Positions 63,784 to 64,000 of a stretch of 64,000 bases of DNA are shown one piece after another. The translations under genes were made by a program, and so were the position numbers. The notes under the pieces are model-generated. The model searched no databases, was not told the origin of the DNA, and saw nothing but the letters and a program-made list of their open reading frames with translations. Numbering within the stretch: the stretch's first letter is position 1; every line of letters starts with the position of its first letter. Origin of the DNA: Glaciihabitans sp. (GTDB lineage Bacteria; Actinomycetota; Actinomycetes; Actinomycetales; Microbacteriaceae); the NCBI GenBank assembly GCA_025464095.1, contig JAODMF010000003.1, positions 79-64,078 on the forward strand. The letters are read 5' to 3'.

Positions 63784-64000
63784 ATGACTGAAACAACAAC
63801 GCCCTCCTCTGCCTCGCTCCGCACGCTCATCCCGCGCATTTTTTCACGTGCGCAGCCCGCTGGTGCCGTCGACCGGCTGATCAAGACGGTTCGCCTGCAT
63901 CATCCCAAGTCAGACATTGCGCTCATTGAGCGGGCGTACGCGGCCGCGGAGAAGGCGCATTCCGGTCAGAAGCGTAAGAGCGGCGAGCCCTACATCACTC
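63784..64000 (+). CDS. relA: (p)ppGpp synthetase/hydrolase RelA/SpoT family, N-terminal fragment (continues past window end)
   Basis: ...LIERAYAAAEKAHSGQKRKSGEPYIT is the start of the HD hydrolase domain. Position after secDF is conserved in actinobacteria. Confidence 0.85.
   Translation, partial: MTETTTPSSASLRTLIPRIFSRAQPAGAVDRLIKTVRLHHPKSDIALIERAYAAAEKAHSGQKRKSGEPYIT

Overview
High-G+C actinobacterial chromosomal core segment. Gene order and the set of conserved DUF proteins fit Actinomycetota, probably Micrococcales or Microbacteriaceae-like; the species cannot be determined from sequence alone and G+C was judged by eye. I can support about 66 protein genes, 4 tRNAs, 2 GlnR-type operators, 2 intergenic repeat arrays and a few hairpins.

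Gene content, start to end:
- glnA (5' fragment), RDD, DUF4191, lipA-lipB, a membrane pseudokinase, sucB(dlaT)-lpd-pepA, PAC2, MFS.
- Principal sigma factor (sigA/hrdB type), murT-gatD, a small Zn-ribbon protein.
- parE, then convergent parC-Nudix-GNAT; AlkP-family protein; repeat array A.
- sepH, DUF4193, DUF3093, dut, DUF3710, DUF3159, acn, dxs.
- Membrane protein-TetR, divergent aldo/keto reductase; repeat array B.
- fadA-fadB, rnd-DUF3000, hydrolase, RibD_C-SufE-rhodanese, zapE, nhaA.
- amt, an LAxTG-anchored C-type-lectin-like protein, a divergent Amt paralog coupled to DUF2071, an esterase.
- tRNA-Val / Gly-Cys-Val cluster, DUF4190, thrS-HIT, pdxS-pdxT, membrane protein, yebC, ruvCAB, yajC-secDF, rhodanese, relA (5' fragment).

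Most of this is conserved housekeeping synteny; from memory it parallels the M. tuberculosis Rv2213-2220, Rv2695-2703 and Rv2583c-2614c neighbourhoods. I see no prophage, CRISPR array, defence island or biosynthetic cluster.

Most unusual items:
1. The GlnR-boxed amt locus, which lacks glnK/glnD in the window and is followed by a sortase-anchored CTLD protein and a degenerate Amt paralog-DUF2071 pair.
2. Two unrelated, highly structured repeat arrays, each in a convergent intergenic gap.
3. A catalytically dead kinase-like membrane protein inside the lipoate/E2 cluster.

Family assignments are from motif recognition by eye and need HMM or BLAST confirmation.
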